DNA from: Eledone cirrhosa
Lineage: Eukaryota
Length of the DNA: 64,000 nt
Direction of reading: 5' to 3'
Assembly (NCBI GenBank): GCA_964016885.1
Contig: CAXHJY010001233.1
Coordinates: 69,122 to 133,121, forward strand
The notes below the pieces were generated by a model. The model saw only the letters and a list, made by a program, of their open reading frames with translations, did not search any database and was not told the origin of the DNA. Of this stretch, positions 37,556 to 51,073 are shown one piece after another (the first letter of the stretch is position 1; each line of letters begins with the position of its first letter). Made by a program: the position numbers and the translations under genes.

Positions 37556-37605
37556 AAGAAGATACATATACACATATATATCAATGTATGTGATTGAATA
37601 TATGC

Positions 37606-37700
37606 ATGTGCATCCGTGTATGAATATGTTCGTGTGCATCCGTGTATGAATATGTTCGTGTGCATCCGTGTATGAATATGTTCGTGTGCATCCGTGTTTG
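37606..37700. repeat. 28-bp tandem repeat, about 3 copies
   Basis: TGTGCATCCGTGTATGAATATGTTCG repeated. Confidence 0.85.
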
Positions 37701-37762
37701 AATATATGTGTGAAGAGCATGTGTGTACGTGTTTTTAAATATAGACACACACATATACACAT

Positions 37763-37827
<65 letters not shown>

Positions 37828-37913
37828 GATAGAACCAGTTTAAAACTAGTTAGACCATTACTCAACAGAGTACTCGATACTTGGGGTAGTAGAGTATGGC
37901 TATATGTGTGTGC

Positions 37914-37971
<58 letters not shown>

Positions 37972-38609
37972 GCACATACACACATACTCATATATTTATA
38001 TAATGTTCGTATAATGTTTATATATAATGTTCGTACAAAGTGCCATGGTAAAGAGGATATTATCATAAAGACAAAAGACACTTAAGTAATCTGCTGTGGA
38101 TCCTGGAACTACTTAACCACACAGTCAGGCCTCTGTATTAACAGACAAAATGAAAGATGGCTTGGTGATTAAATATTACAGACAGTTGTTGAATAACTGA
38201 ATAATTAGTTGACTTGGACGATATCTTTCAACGATACAATCATTGGGGTAATATTGATTATCATGAAACACACAATTCGACGATGGATTAAATCAGATTG
38301 ATAAGCTATCGTTGTTACCAATCTTACCTGGATACGGTTTAGTAGCCGTTGACTCAGGTAACATTGTCATTGGAACGATTTGTTATAGAAGAACGATGTA
38401 GTTTCTATTCATGTTATTTATATAGAAACAGAACGAAATTATTTACACCAGGGCAGTTCTGCAGTTTTCTGACAGGTATTGGCCCACGAAATTTCATGAG
38501 GAGGAAAAACTTCATGGACCACCAAATTAATTAGAATGTCTAAAGTTTTTTTTTTGGGGGGGGGGGGATAGAGGGACAGGTTTTATGAGCAGTGCTAATT
38601 GACAAGAGA

Positions 38610-38943
38610 CCCATGAGGTGGACAACGAGCAAGATGGTTGGATAACATCCATAAGGTCGGTTGGTCCCTCGCCGGATCGTTTAGAGAACAGCTGCTTCTG
38701 ATAGAAGAAGAAGACGAAGAAGAAGAAGAAGAAGAAGAAGAAGAAGAAGAAGAAGAAGAAGAAGAAGAAGAAGAAGAAGAAGAAGAAGAAGAAGACGAAG
38801 AAGAAGAAGAAGGCGAAGAAGAAGGCGAAGAAGAAGAAGGCGAAGAAGAAGAAGGCGAAGAAGAAGAAGAAGAAGACGAAGAAGACGAAGAAGAAGAAGA
38901 AGAAGACGAAGACGAAGAAGAAGAAGAAGGCGAAGAAGAAGAA

Positions 38944-38974
<31 letters not shown>

Positions 38975-39030
38975 AAGAAGAAGAAGGCGAAGAAGGCGAA
39001 GAAGGCGAAGAAGAAGAAGAAGAAGAAGAA
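38610..39030 (+). mobile_element. RTE (BovB-like) extreme 3' end with expanded (GAA)n tail
   Basis: GGQRARWLDNI..ASDR resembles 'RGRQRMRWLDGI..DR', directly followed by about 320 bp of GAA/GAC/GGC triplets. Confidence 0.6.
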
Positions 39031-39239
39031 ATGAAATTCGAAACTATTATCATAGAATTGTCCACAACTTTCCCTATAGACATTAATTAGAGTGATAAGT
39101 GAAGAGAGATCACTTCACTGGGAATGGAAGATAGCTCACGGAGTTGACTCTCCTGTTACTTTCTCTCTCTACTTTATGACGTCAACCAAATCATAACAAG
39201 CAACAATGTTAATGAAACCATTTTATATTAACTATATAA

Positions 39240-39325
39240 TTGTTTCTACTTTTGGCACAAGGCCAGCAATTACCCAGTGTATTACTGGTACTTTATTTTA
39301 TCGACCCCGTAAGGATGAAAGGATA
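39240..39325 (-). mobile_element. Family A SINE 3' fragment
   Basis: Tail and core only. Flanked by a direct repeat ATATTAACTATATAAT (about 39225-39240 and 39323-39338), a likely TSD. Confidence 0.8.
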
Positions 39326-39786
39326 TTAACTATATAATAAATGATTGACAGCTGTCTAATTGTGTAATTAAAACTAGATTTGAACAAACAGCAGAAAAAA
39401 AAAACGAAAAAAAAAAACCTATTTTAATTTCCATGAATTCAATAAAAAGACAAACGGTTCGGAATTCTGTCATAATTGAAAGAAGATAATTATCGATTTC
39501 GTAGTAAAATATACACAGATCAGATTAGATAATAGATCTATTTATTATATAGGTTGATGGTGTGATGTAATAGGATGATGTGGCGTTCACGCCATTCAAG
39601 GAGATATCCAGATAGGTTTACGAAACTCAGCACTAACATTCAGCTTACTTCATACTCAAAGACTCTCGTGCGAGTGTGAGTGTATCTGTATGTCTGTCTG
39701 TCTATTTGTCTGTCTGTATGTGTGTATGTCTGTCCGCGTCTATGCATGTGTGTGCGTGTATGTGTCTATATAAGTATGTGTGTGTG

Positions 39787-39894
<108 letters not shown>

Positions 39895-40410
39895 TGCGTG
39901 TATCACACAAAAAAGAAAAGATGTTTTTGGTGAAAAAGAAATCGTTGTAATCAGATAAAGAAAAGATTTCAAGGTTTTGTGTCCACGATTCCTCGGTTAT
40001 CACTGGAACATTTCTCAACGATAATCAATACTTCAACACTAAAATAAACTCACACAACCACACACACACACACATACATTATCAACTCACATAAACCCAC
40101 ACACATACATCAAGTCGTATAAACACATACACACGTACATCAAGTCGTATACACATATACATCAAGTCGTATACACATATACATCAAGTCGTAACAAACA
40201 CACACACATACAAACACACGCATACAGTAGGTTGTACAAACACATACACACATATATCAACTCACACACACGTATACATATATACATCAGCTCACACATA
40301 CATCAACTCACACAAGCACATACATCGACACATTAACTTACACAAGCACATACATACACATATACATACAACCACACACACATCAACTCACACAACCACA
40401 CACATACATC

Positions 40411-40471
<61 letters not shown>

Positions 40472-41829
40472 CTGTTCCAATTTTAATCACATTGGTATCT
40501 AGTTACCATAGCAATTAAAATAGTAAACAAACAAACAATTTCTCGGCCGTTTTCAAGAAATCTATATGTCAGTATTATTTTGAGCAGAAAGGTTATCACT
40601 TCTTCTACTTTGGTTCCCATTGATTTGAGTGGTTGCCAAAATCACACCATGTAGGTCGGTTTCATGCCAACTTGGACAGCTGATCATCAACGAATCATCG
40701 CTTTATTCTGACCGAGTATTTATATGAGCAATAACAGCAACAACGAAAATCTAGGGCGAGTCCCTTATAAAAAGAGGTGAAATGCGCCGCCGCCCGACAC
40801 CACAAGGTAGTGTGAGGGAAGGGATAGGAAGGGCACTGCGTGATGCACTAATTACCCCACCCCTCCACAGACAGACAGACACACACAGACACATAGACAC
40901 ACACGTACTCATAGCCACACACACACACACGTTTCAATGGTGCACGTTCAGATCTAGAAAATAAACTTTATATAAAATAAAATTTTAAAAATCCCTTCTG
41001 AAATATATTTCTTGTGAATGAGTACCCAGCTTGAATGTTCTGAAGTTTCTCTGACCCCCACTAACGCCCGATCACAGAGAGACCTATAATTAAAGACATA
41101 CAGACCGTGACCATCCAAGCTTTTATCAGACAGTTTATACAGGATTATATTATCCGATAACATGTCAAACCTTTTCTATGACAGTAGCAGGGTGAGAGAT
41201 TTACATCATTCAAATATACGTCCTATCTTTTCTATGACAGTAGTAGGGTGAGAGATTTAAGGGAAGTTTCACACTATTATTTCATAGTATATCTAGGATT
41301 GCATCATTCAAATATACGTCCTATCTTTTCTATGACGGTAGTAGGGTGAGCGATTTAAGGGAAGTTTCACACAACTATTTCTAGAAGGTCGAGCGACTAC
41401 ATAGAGACTTTCTCATTAGTTCGTAATATAAAGAGACGTGTTAACGGCATTCCCGAATCTAACAAATTGGCAGTGAGCCTTATCAAAAGAATTGCGATAG
41501 TATTTCAGACGATAACGTACGAGACTATAGACTCCGTAATCTAGACTTGCAGAATCAATTATAATTTACATTCGTGATGTAAACAATTAAACACAAGCCT
41601 ATCTCAAACTTTTAATCAGGGTGTGATATATCAATTAAGAGAAATTACACTACTGTAATGCATTCTTGTTTTAATTCGTAAATGGAAATAAATACAGCGA
41701 TTTAACTGTCCTCATCCAATGGACTATTACAAAAGATATATTATAGGAACAATCCTTAGAATATCTTTAGTTTCCATAGAAATCTCTAAAGTTTAGAGTC
41801 TGTCTTAAGCTAGTAGGCTGGTCAGTCCG

Positions 41830-42075
41830 GTACTTATCCCGGTTTCGTGGCGTGAAGTGACTGAGAATACAAGACTCCCACCTGGACATGACGCCAGTCC
41901 ATTGCAGGGTTAAACCTCCAGATAATGCTGGTACTTATTCTCAGTTGAGTATACTGGAGTAATGTGAAATTAAATGTTTTGCTCAGGAACACAATACAAC
42001 ACAACACACAACCCAGCCCAGGAATCGAACCCACAACATTATGATCGCAACACCCTTACCGCTAAACCACGCGAT
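41830..42075 (-). mobile_element. tRNA-derived SINE, third family (CORE-like plus CCTGCAATGGACTGGCGTC block)
   Basis: Minus strand B-box GGTTCGATTCCTGG, TGTGTTCCTGAGCAAAACA core. Confidence 0.7.
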
Positions 42076-42399
42076 TCTAGAAACCTAGTTTAAAAAAATA
42101 TATATTTTCCAAAATAATCGTAATGACTATTTCACGGGATTTAAACTGATAAACACGTGGGTTGTTAGGCTAAGTCTGTTTAAAGACTGACAAGTTTTAT
42201 CCTTGAAATTTTGAAAGAGAGATCAAATATATTAAAAATTGTAGAGATTGAACAAGGAATATTTGGGGTGAAAGTTAACAAACGGCTCAAACATATCAAA
42301 ATGATGCAGATAATATCAGTTGTAGCTAATTAGCAAGAATAAATATGTAGCCAGAGAGACTACATCACATTAAAATATCAGTATCTATCAGATAACAAC

Positions 42400-42665
42400 G
42401 CCAGATAGAATGTTTTGTGGTGTCTGTTTCAGCTTTCTGAGTTCAAATCCCGCCGAGGTCAACTTCGAGGTCGATAAAATAAAGTACCAGTTAAGTACTG
42501 GGGGTTGATTCTGCCTCTATATCTCTTTCTCACTTCCATGTACTATAACGTGGACCTATATCAATATCTTGGTAGTCCATGGCTGTGTACATATAGCTAC
42601 ATAATGTACCAGTCTAATACTGGGGTCGATTCTTCTTCTATATCTCTTTCTCACCTCCATTCTCT
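42400..42665 (+). mobile_element. Family A-related SINE with duplicated 3' part
   Basis: GAGTTCAAATCCCGCCGAGGTC; TACCAGT..A.TACTGGGG..GATTCT occurs twice. Confidence 0.7.
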
Positions 42666-43046
42666 GCAGGATTTGAAAAGTCCTAGAAACGCCGTATACC
42701 AACATGGCGCCGCTACGACTCCGCCGCCGGGATTTACAGGACCATGCATACATCAGATAATACTCCAAGACAATTTGGTGCCAATTTCTCAGTGCTGGTT
42801 AAAAGTGGTTCTATAAAACAAAATGAACAGATGAGATCTATAAAAAGAACGTTCTCGGCGAATTTGATCACAAAATTCCCCCAACTGGCAGTTCAAAATC
42901 TTATCGAAGAATCGATCATTATAATGTTTATACATTCGGAGTGGAATACAGTATCAGAACATAAGTCAGATATAACTTAATACGCTATTTTTGTGGATTT
43001 TCGTATGAGCATGTGTGTGTGTGTGTGTGTTTAGTGGGTTTTCATA

Positions 43047-43124
<78 letters not shown>

Positions 43125-43280
43125 TGGCAGATTGGCAGTAATCGATAGAGTGTCCGACAAACTGCTTTGCGGTATATAGTTACGTCCTTTTACATTCTGA
43201 GTGCAAATCCCGCCGAGGTTAGCTCTGCTTTTTATGTTTACGGGGTCAACCAAAACAATACCAGTAATGCATTGGGGGTA
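43125..43280 (+). mobile_element. Family A SINE, diverged
   Basis: Head, B-box and core recognisable. Confidence 0.8.
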
Positions 43281-43923
43281 GATTTCAAGCGTATTTCTTT
43301 CATTTTCTCGATTATGGAGAGGATGAAGGGCATCGCCAAAAGTAGTTTTCAAGGCCTCCAAGATTAACGGGGCCAGTGAGAAGAAGAAACTACAATTCTT
43401 GTGTCATCCTCAGATAGAAAATCAGGTCCAAATGTTTGCAACAGAATTGGTTCTTCTCAATGAACCCAAAGAATAAGTGGAGATATTAAACCGAGTAGCA
43501 GATCAGGACTGTCATACGACGGGCTTCTGCACAGTTTCCATCTACCAAATTCCACTGAAAAGGACTGGATGGAGCAGAGGCTATAATAGTAGGCGATTCT
43601 CCAAGTTGCAGCGATGTGAAATCAAATAGCGGAAACACGTGATTGAGAAGCGGACGTGTTAAACCACAAAGCAATGGTTTCCACCCACAATCGTATGCCT
43701 ATATATATTCTTGTTGTTGCTGTTGTCGTCGTCTCTGGTGAGTGTATGGGTGGGCAATATAAGATCCCCACCACCACCACCACCATCTCTGGAGACTGAA
43801 AAGTTGGGGAAACGCCGCTGCTCGCCGTAGTCACTCACCCCCCCCCCCCCCCCCCCTTCATCACTATCATTGCTTAGTGTATATATATATATATATATAC
43901 GTGGGAGTTTCTTGTTGACGTGT

Positions 43924-43938
43924 GCTGCCCCCTGGTGA
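43924..43938 (-). promoter_or_regulatory. CTCF-like motif
   Basis: Minus strand TCACCAGGGGGCAGC, close to the bilaterian CTCF core CCACCAGGGGGCGC, in unique sequence. Confidence 0.45.
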
Positions 43939-44249
43939 ATTTCATTGCTCTATGTCTCTAACATTGCCATTTTGTGGTTGACAAAGGCGAAGTTGTGGGT
44001 TGACACTATAAGCTCGCTCTTTTTTTAAATTTTTATTTTTTTATTTTTTGGAGGGGGTGAACTGAAAGGTTGGAGAACGCCGCTACTCTGCCAACAAACC
44101 CCCAAGCCCACACACCACCCCACTCACCAACAGCCACCAACCCGCTTTTTAGCATTCAATTTAGTATTCGATTTGGCATGCTATACTGCCAAACAAAATT
44201 ACAAAATGTTCCTGATTTATTGTTTTACATATAGTTTTTTTTTTTTCGT

Positions 44250-44287
<38 letters not shown>

Positions 44288-44848
44288 GAAACAAAAATCT
44301 TTAAAATGATTGCTTAATTAATTCTTCGAAGAGAAATGTTTCGTGCAGTCGGAAAGGTCAGGTTGAAACGCCACCATTGACAAAAGTTCCGTGCTGTCCA
44401 AAATGCCAGAAGATAAAACTCGACATTCATGCAATCTGTAACACAAAACAGTTTCAACAACATAAACACACAGGCAAGCTATGGCAGAGGAACAGATAGT
44501 AAGAGAGAATGGTGTCGTGTTGAGAGAGAGGGTGAAGGGGGGTGGAGGTAGAGACAAAGAGACTAAGAGGGAAGTAAGGGATAGGAGGGAGAGAATGAGG
44601 GAGGGGGAGTCACTAGAAACCTGTACTTAAAGATTGTATTATTTCCAATATATTTAGAGATTTAACTCTTTCTCTCTCTATCTCTCTCATAGATATGTGT
44701 GTGTGAGGTGTGTGTGTGTGAGGTGTGTGTGTGTGATGTGTGTGTGTGATGTGTGTGTGTGAGGTGTGTGTGTGAGGTGTGTGAGGTGTGTACATTATAT
44801 ATATGAAGAGTAAGAGTGTAAAGGTAAGAGACACCAGCAGACAAATCG

Positions 44849-44886
<38 letters not shown>

Positions 44887-44962
44887 GAGAGAAAGGAAGA
44901 GAGGGGCAGAGAGAGAGGGAGTGAGAGAGGGAGTGAGAAAGGAAGAGAGAGAGAGAGAGAAA

Positions 44963-45018
<56 letters not shown>

Positions 45019-45184
45019 GAGAGAGGCGGAGAGAGAGGGGCGGAGAGAGAGAGAAAGCATTTCGATGATTGTAAGCTTTGGAGAAATCAATAATGCCAAT
45101 AAATAAATAAATAAACGCCAGAAAAAAGTGTTCGATGACAAGAGTGTGCAAGAGTCTAAACGGAGAGTAATAATAATAATAATA

Positions 45185-45590
45185 ATGGTTTCTGATTTAG
45201 GCACAAGGCCAGCAATTTGGGAGAAAGGGGAGGGAAGTCGATTAAATCGACTCCAGTGTATTACTGGTACTTTATTTTATCGACCCCGTAAGGGTGAAAA
45301 GCAAAGTTAACCTCGGCGGGATTTGAACTCAAAACGTAAAGGGATCTGACTATATGCCACAAAGCATGTTGTCTGACACTCCACCGATTATGCCATTAAT
45401 GGGTTTCTACTATAGGTACAAGGCCAGCAATTACCCAGTACATTACTGGTACTTTATTTTATCGACCCCGTAAGGATGAAAGGCAAAGTTAACCTCGGCG
45501 GGATTTGAACTCAGAACGGCAAGGACCGTAACTCTATGCTGCAAAGCATGGTGTCCGACACTCTACCGATTTCGCCAATCCACCACCCTA
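45185..45590 (-). mobile_element. Two tandem family A SINEs
   Basis: A long-tail copy followed by a short-tail copy. Confidence 0.9.
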
Positions 45591-46036
45591 TAATAATAAT
45601 GATGATGATGCAGGTGAAATCACGTGTTATGTTCAGCTCACGTGACAGCTAGTCACTATCTATTGCAACAATATGCAACGAAGCTAATTTGCAAGTGGAA
45701 ATGCGATTCAGATATATTTATATTCATTGATTTTTATTGTTTCTTCTTTTCAGCGATATTCTAGACGACGGCAGCCATTGACAGAGACGGCAGTTTGAAG
45801 CAACATGGCGTCCAACTGATTGGTTTATGGAGAGAGAATTACTGGAGTCAGCTTGTAGAAATTGCATAACATCTTATTGTAATGCGATAACTGTTATGTA
45901 CACACATACACACACACATATAAATACACACACAACCAAATATATATATACACGCACACACACATATATATATGTATATATAAATATACAAACACACACA
46001 TATACACACACGCACAGAAACACACATTTATATATA

Positions 46037-46131
46037 CGGTGTCCCAAAACTTGTATATACACTTTGATTACCTGTACAGGCAATATTCATTAGAATGCTG
46101 TTGAATAGTGTATACATTTATTGGGACACTA
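46037..46131. mobile_element. Tc1/mariner-like MITE (~95 bp)
   Basis: TIRs GTGTCCCAA..TGTATACAC / GTGTATACA..TTGGGACAC in TA context. Related copies at 54706-54781 and 55951-56036. Confidence 0.8.
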
Positions 46132-46585
46132 TATATATATGCGAGGATAGAGAGACAGAGAGGGATAGAAAGAGAGGGGGTTAAAAAGAGAGAAGGGAGG
46201 GGGAGATAGAGAGAGATGGGGGAGGGGGAGATAGAAAGAGGGGGGATAGAGAGAGAGGGGGAGGGGGAGATGGGGAGATAGAGAGAGAGAGGGAGGAGAG
46301 AACGAAAGAGAGGGGGGAGAACGAGAGAGGGGGAGAACGAGAGAGGGGGAGAACGAGAGAGGGGGGAGAACGAGAAAGAGAGAACGAGAGAGAGAGAGAG
46401 AACGAGAGAGAGCGGGGGAGGAGAGAGAGAGAGAGAACGAGAGAGAGGGGGGAGGACAGAGAGATTGTGTGAGGTAAAACAGCGAGGCCAGTCTCTATTC
46501 AATACAAATAATTTCCACGATTGGAACACGTTGCTGTTTCACGGTGTGTATATATGCTAATGCGTGTATGTGTGTGTATATATAT

Positions 46586-46616
<31 letters not shown>

Positions 46617-46860
46617 CACATATTGCTGTACGACGCCATGATGTCTGTCGGCTCACATGTTTATTAGTCATTTAACTCCAGCCGATAGCGCAACGCAGAG
46701 ACCAAAATCTACATATAAACACGTGCATATACATACATTTGCATTATATTTATATGTGCACATTATATATATATATATAATGGCTATTTTAAAACCTGTA
46801 CTTAAAGATATTATATATTACTTCCAGTGTCTTTAGACATTTAACTGCATATACATACAC

Positions 46861-46902
<42 letters not shown>

Positions 46903-47044
46903 GTGTATATATATATATATATATTATACATCATTTTTCTATCCGTCTGTTAGATTATTATACGTTAGTGTACCATGTAAAATCCGCACGAGTGTAAAAG
47001 GGGCGGAAACATCCTGTTGTAAGGTTTCTATTATTATTATTATC

Positions 47045-47326
47045 GGCGGTGGAGGGTAGTGTATTGGCAGTATCGGTAGAGGGTCGGACGCCATGCTTTC
47101 CAGCATAGAGTTACGGCCCTTGCCATTCTGAGTTCAAATCCCGCCGAGGTTGACTTTGCCTTTCATCCTTACGGGGTCGATAAAATAAAGTACCAGTAAT
47201 GTACTGGATAATTGCTGGCCTTGTGCCAAATGTAGAAACAATTATTACTGAGCACAGTAGATTAGAAGTAATCGGTTGAGCGTCGGACACCATGCTTTGC
47301 GGCATAGAGTTACGTCCCTTTACATT
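47045..47326 (+). mobile_element. Family A SINE plus a second head fragment
   Basis: Full pattern at 47045-47245, head at 47265-47326. Confidence 0.9.
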
Positions 47327-47432
47327 CACTCCAGCATAATAATAATAATAATTGTTTCTTTCAATGATAGAGAGTTAATTGTTGATGTGTGAGATGAGTA
47401 CAGATTATCATTGTTTGTAGAATGATATCGAT

Positions 47433-47504
<72 letters not shown>

Positions 47505-47610
47505 TAGACATCACACTACACTATGTGTGCATGTGCGTGTAGTTTCTCATTTCACAGAGAGAAAGAGAGAGGGCGAGAGAGAGAGAGAAAGAGAGAGGGC
47601 GAGAGATAGA

Positions 47611-47644
<34 letters not shown>

Positions 47645-47791
47645 TAGAGAGTCCTATCAGCATCAGTGTGGTCAATGAACTGAATTAGATTCACAGAAAA
47701 TGAAAGCAGGTTGCTGTGTCCGTTCATTGGAAGTGTGCTTATTGGTTTATGGAGTTACACCGTAATATAAGAGAGTGAAGCAACTATAATT

Positions 47792-47845
47792 CGGATCTAG
47801 CTGTCGAAACGGCCGGAGCTCAGCCGTCGGGCTCCTGAATCTTTT

Positions 47846-47849
<4 letters not shown>
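47792..47849 (+). mobile_element. 3' half of a hammerhead-type element (7642 family)
   Basis: CGGATCTAGCTGTC-GAAA-CGGC..GCCG-TC-GGG, then (TA)n. Same truncation point as 4645. Confidence 0.65.
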
Positions 47850-47885
<36 letters not shown>

Positions 47886-47890
<5 letters not shown>

Positions 47891-48436
47891 ACGGACTGGG
47901 TCTAAAGATACCGAGTGCCAGGAGATGAAGGGGTGCCAGGAGATGAAGGGGGCCCACCTACGTATAGAATGTTATCATTTAATTTTGATTTTGAAAGTAG
48001 GTTTATAATTATTAATTTTCATTATTCTTTTGTAGCAGTCTCGGTGGGCTAGTTGGCTGAATGATAGACGGCGGTGATGTTGGTTTGAGGTTCGATCCTG
48101 GTCGCGAGTAGGGTTCCCGGTAAACCTTTTCATAGAAAAAACTATGGGATGTAAAATAAAAACTGAAAAAGATTAAATGTACCTCTTGACCAGTATCTAC
48201 CGCTAGGCCACCGAGACAACTACGAAAATCTTATTTTCAAAACAAAATGATGTGATGTCGTTGACCAAATGCTTTGTTTAATTGTTTTATTTATTTTCAA
48301 AACAATTTTATTCTTTCTCTTAGACTTCAGGTATTTTTTTTAATGCTAAGTATTGGCCCCTAAAATACTACAGAGGGCTCTGCAATGCTACCGTGATCCC
48401 CCTGGGGCCCACTTTCCATTGGCCAGTCCACCATTG
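47886..48436. mobile_element. hAT-like MITE in (TA)n with a nested inverted tRNA-like insert
   Basis: TIRs CAATGACGGACTGG / CCAGTCCACCATTG, subterminal GGGGCCC motifs. Confidence 0.75.
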
Positions 48437-48880
48437 TATATATATATATATAATCTCTCTCTCTCTGCGTTTTCAGTTTAAATCCTGCCGAGGTCAATTT
48501 TGGGGTTTCTCCAACAGAAGTTAGAAGGTCCTGGATTGGGTTGGGTATGTTTGTATATATGTGAGTACAAATATAACCCTGAAGACCAACACCAATGAAA
48601 GCGATGAAGGTTAACGAGGGAGGGGTTCCTGCAACAGGGGTGACAAGGCCCTGGTTTGAATAGGGTTGAATTATTAGCAGTGTATGTAATCTACGGTGGA
48701 ATTCAACCGGACTGATATCATCACCCCCTAAATTCGGCTCAACTAAACCTTATCAGTTATTTTACGATTTGTCAGGGGCTCCAGTAATTCTTCTACCCCC
48801 CCCCCCCCCCACTATTTAAATAGTAATATTAAGATATAGAATAGAACAATTTCCCTTAACAACGAATAGCATTATCGCAT

Positions 48881-49108
48881 TCTCTCTCTCTCTCTCATAT
48901 ATACACATTCTCTCTCTCTCTCTCATATATACACACCTATCTCTCTCTCTCTCTCATATATACACATTCTCTCTCTCTCTCATATATACACATTCTCTCT
49001 CTCTCTCTCATATATATATACATTCTCTCTCTCTCTCTCTCATATATACACATTCTCTCACACTCTCTCTCATATATATACATTCTCTGTCTCTCTCTCA
49101 TATATACA
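48881..49108. repeat. Compound (CT)n-CATATATACACATT minisatellite
   Basis: About 8 units by direct reading. Confidence 0.85.
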
Positions 49109-49274
49109 CACAAGCACAATACACATTTTCTCCTTCCAGGCCCGTAACCAAGGGGATGCCAGGGGATGCCCGGCATCCCCTATCAAAAGCAAACTTAGTT
49201 TTGACATCCCCATCAAACAAGATTTTATTTTTTAAAATTAACACAACAGGTAAAGGTAAAATAAAACATTAATT

Positions 49275-49380
49275 GTTTCTACTTTTTGGCACAAGGCCAG
49301 CAATTACCAGTGTATTACTGGTACTTTATTTTATCGACCCCGTAAGGATGAAAGGCAAAGTTAACCTCGGCGGGATTTGA
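49275..49380 (-). mobile_element. Family A SINE 3' half
   Basis: Tail, core and part of the B-box. Confidence 0.85.
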
Positions 49381-49461
49381 CACAAAATAAGCCTATATAA
49401 GACAATATCACAATATTATACACACCAGCACAATTACACACTATGGATGATTGACTGCCTT

Positions 49462-49580
49462 TCACACACACTACATATACTACGGGTGGGTGACACCCTC
49501 ACACACAATACATATACTACGGGTGGGTGACACCCTCACACACAATACATATACTACGGGTGGGTGACACCCTCACACAC
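49462..49580. repeat. 37-bp tandem repeat x3
   Basis: CACACACAATACATATACTACGGGTGGGTGACACCCT. Confidence 0.9.
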
Positions 49581-49992
49581 AAGCCCAATACACACAATGT
49601 GAACGAGTGACTCTATCTCACACACACACACACATACAGATCATCACAGACAGATTCACACACACACATACATACATACAGCCCCACAGCCCCACACAGC
49701 AGCACACTACGCACTGTATATAGATGAATAAGGCAGTTCTTATCCTTCCATGATGAGTAATTAGTGTGAAAGCGTAAATAATTTTATTAGAGCGGAACAT
49801 ACAAGTAAACTGGTCGGATGAAATTTCTTTGCTTGTTAATAATACAGCAGTTAGCACTTTTTACTGTCCCCCTCCCTACATTTTAGTCTGGGAATGTGTG
49901 TGTGTATGTATATATAGTGAAAAAATTGAACGGGAACAAAACAGAGAGGCAGTACGAACAAAGGTTTATTAGTTTCACGCTCTTGAGAGTGG

Positions 49993-50055
<63 letters not shown>

Positions 50056-50192
50056 GTTTTAACTTATATCATGACTGTTTCCTTTAATGTTTTATTGTTT
50101 TCCGGGATTTATCTTAACCTACAACACTTTCAACATATGGATTACATTGAGTTCTTCATGCACAATAGACCCCACAACTTACTGTGGATACC

Positions 50193-50247
<55 letters not shown>

Positions 50248-50253
<6 letters not shown>

Positions 50254-50419
50254 AGGCTTCTACGGGACTAGAACTGTTTCATTCCGGAGAAATCATCAGG
50301 AATTCTCCGGAATGAAACAGTTCTAGTCCTGTAGAAGCCATTTCTATATTAAATATTAATACTCTGCTATGTATTGAGTACCTTACTTACTGTGGTTAAT
50401 CCCAGTTGAACCCGGGATA
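50248..50419. mobile_element. Fold-back hammerhead element (56772 family)
   Basis: Inverted arms around 50292-50302. The minus arm has CTGATGA..GAAA. The plus arm continues into a tail shared with 56641-56725. Confidence 0.75.
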
Positions 50420-50422
50420 CAC

Positions 50423-50462
<40 letters not shown>

Positions 50463-51034
50463 GTTGCATAGACACACAGACATGGCTATAAGTACGCACA
50501 CACACACACACTCACAGCTATAAACACACACACTATGATGCATAGACACAGAAACACGGGCACAGCTGTAAGTACATACAGACACGGCTACATACACACA
50601 GCTATAAGTACACACACACACAGCTATAAGTACACACACACACACACACAGCTATAAACACACACACACAGCTATAAACACACACACACGCCCAGCTAAA
50701 ATATGTAAACGTAAGACTAAAAGAAAAGAGTTAAAAGTGGAGTATTGTTAAATAGTTGAGTTATCAGGATAATGTTGAAATAAATAGCAAAGGATCGTGA
50801 TAATGTTGGTGATGGTAATAGAAGGGATTGTATGAGAGGGTGAGGGTTGGGGGCGGCGGTGGTGGTGGTGGGGGGAGTGTATGTATGCATATGTTCATCC
50901 ATGTATGTGAGTTTGTAAACGTGTGAGTGTTTGTGTGTGTGAGAGAGAGAGAGAGAGAGTGTGTGTGTATGAGAGATAGTGTGTGTGTGTGTGTGTAAGT
51001 ATAATTGTGTGTGTATATACAAATACAAACATAC

Positions 51035-51073
<39 letters not shown>

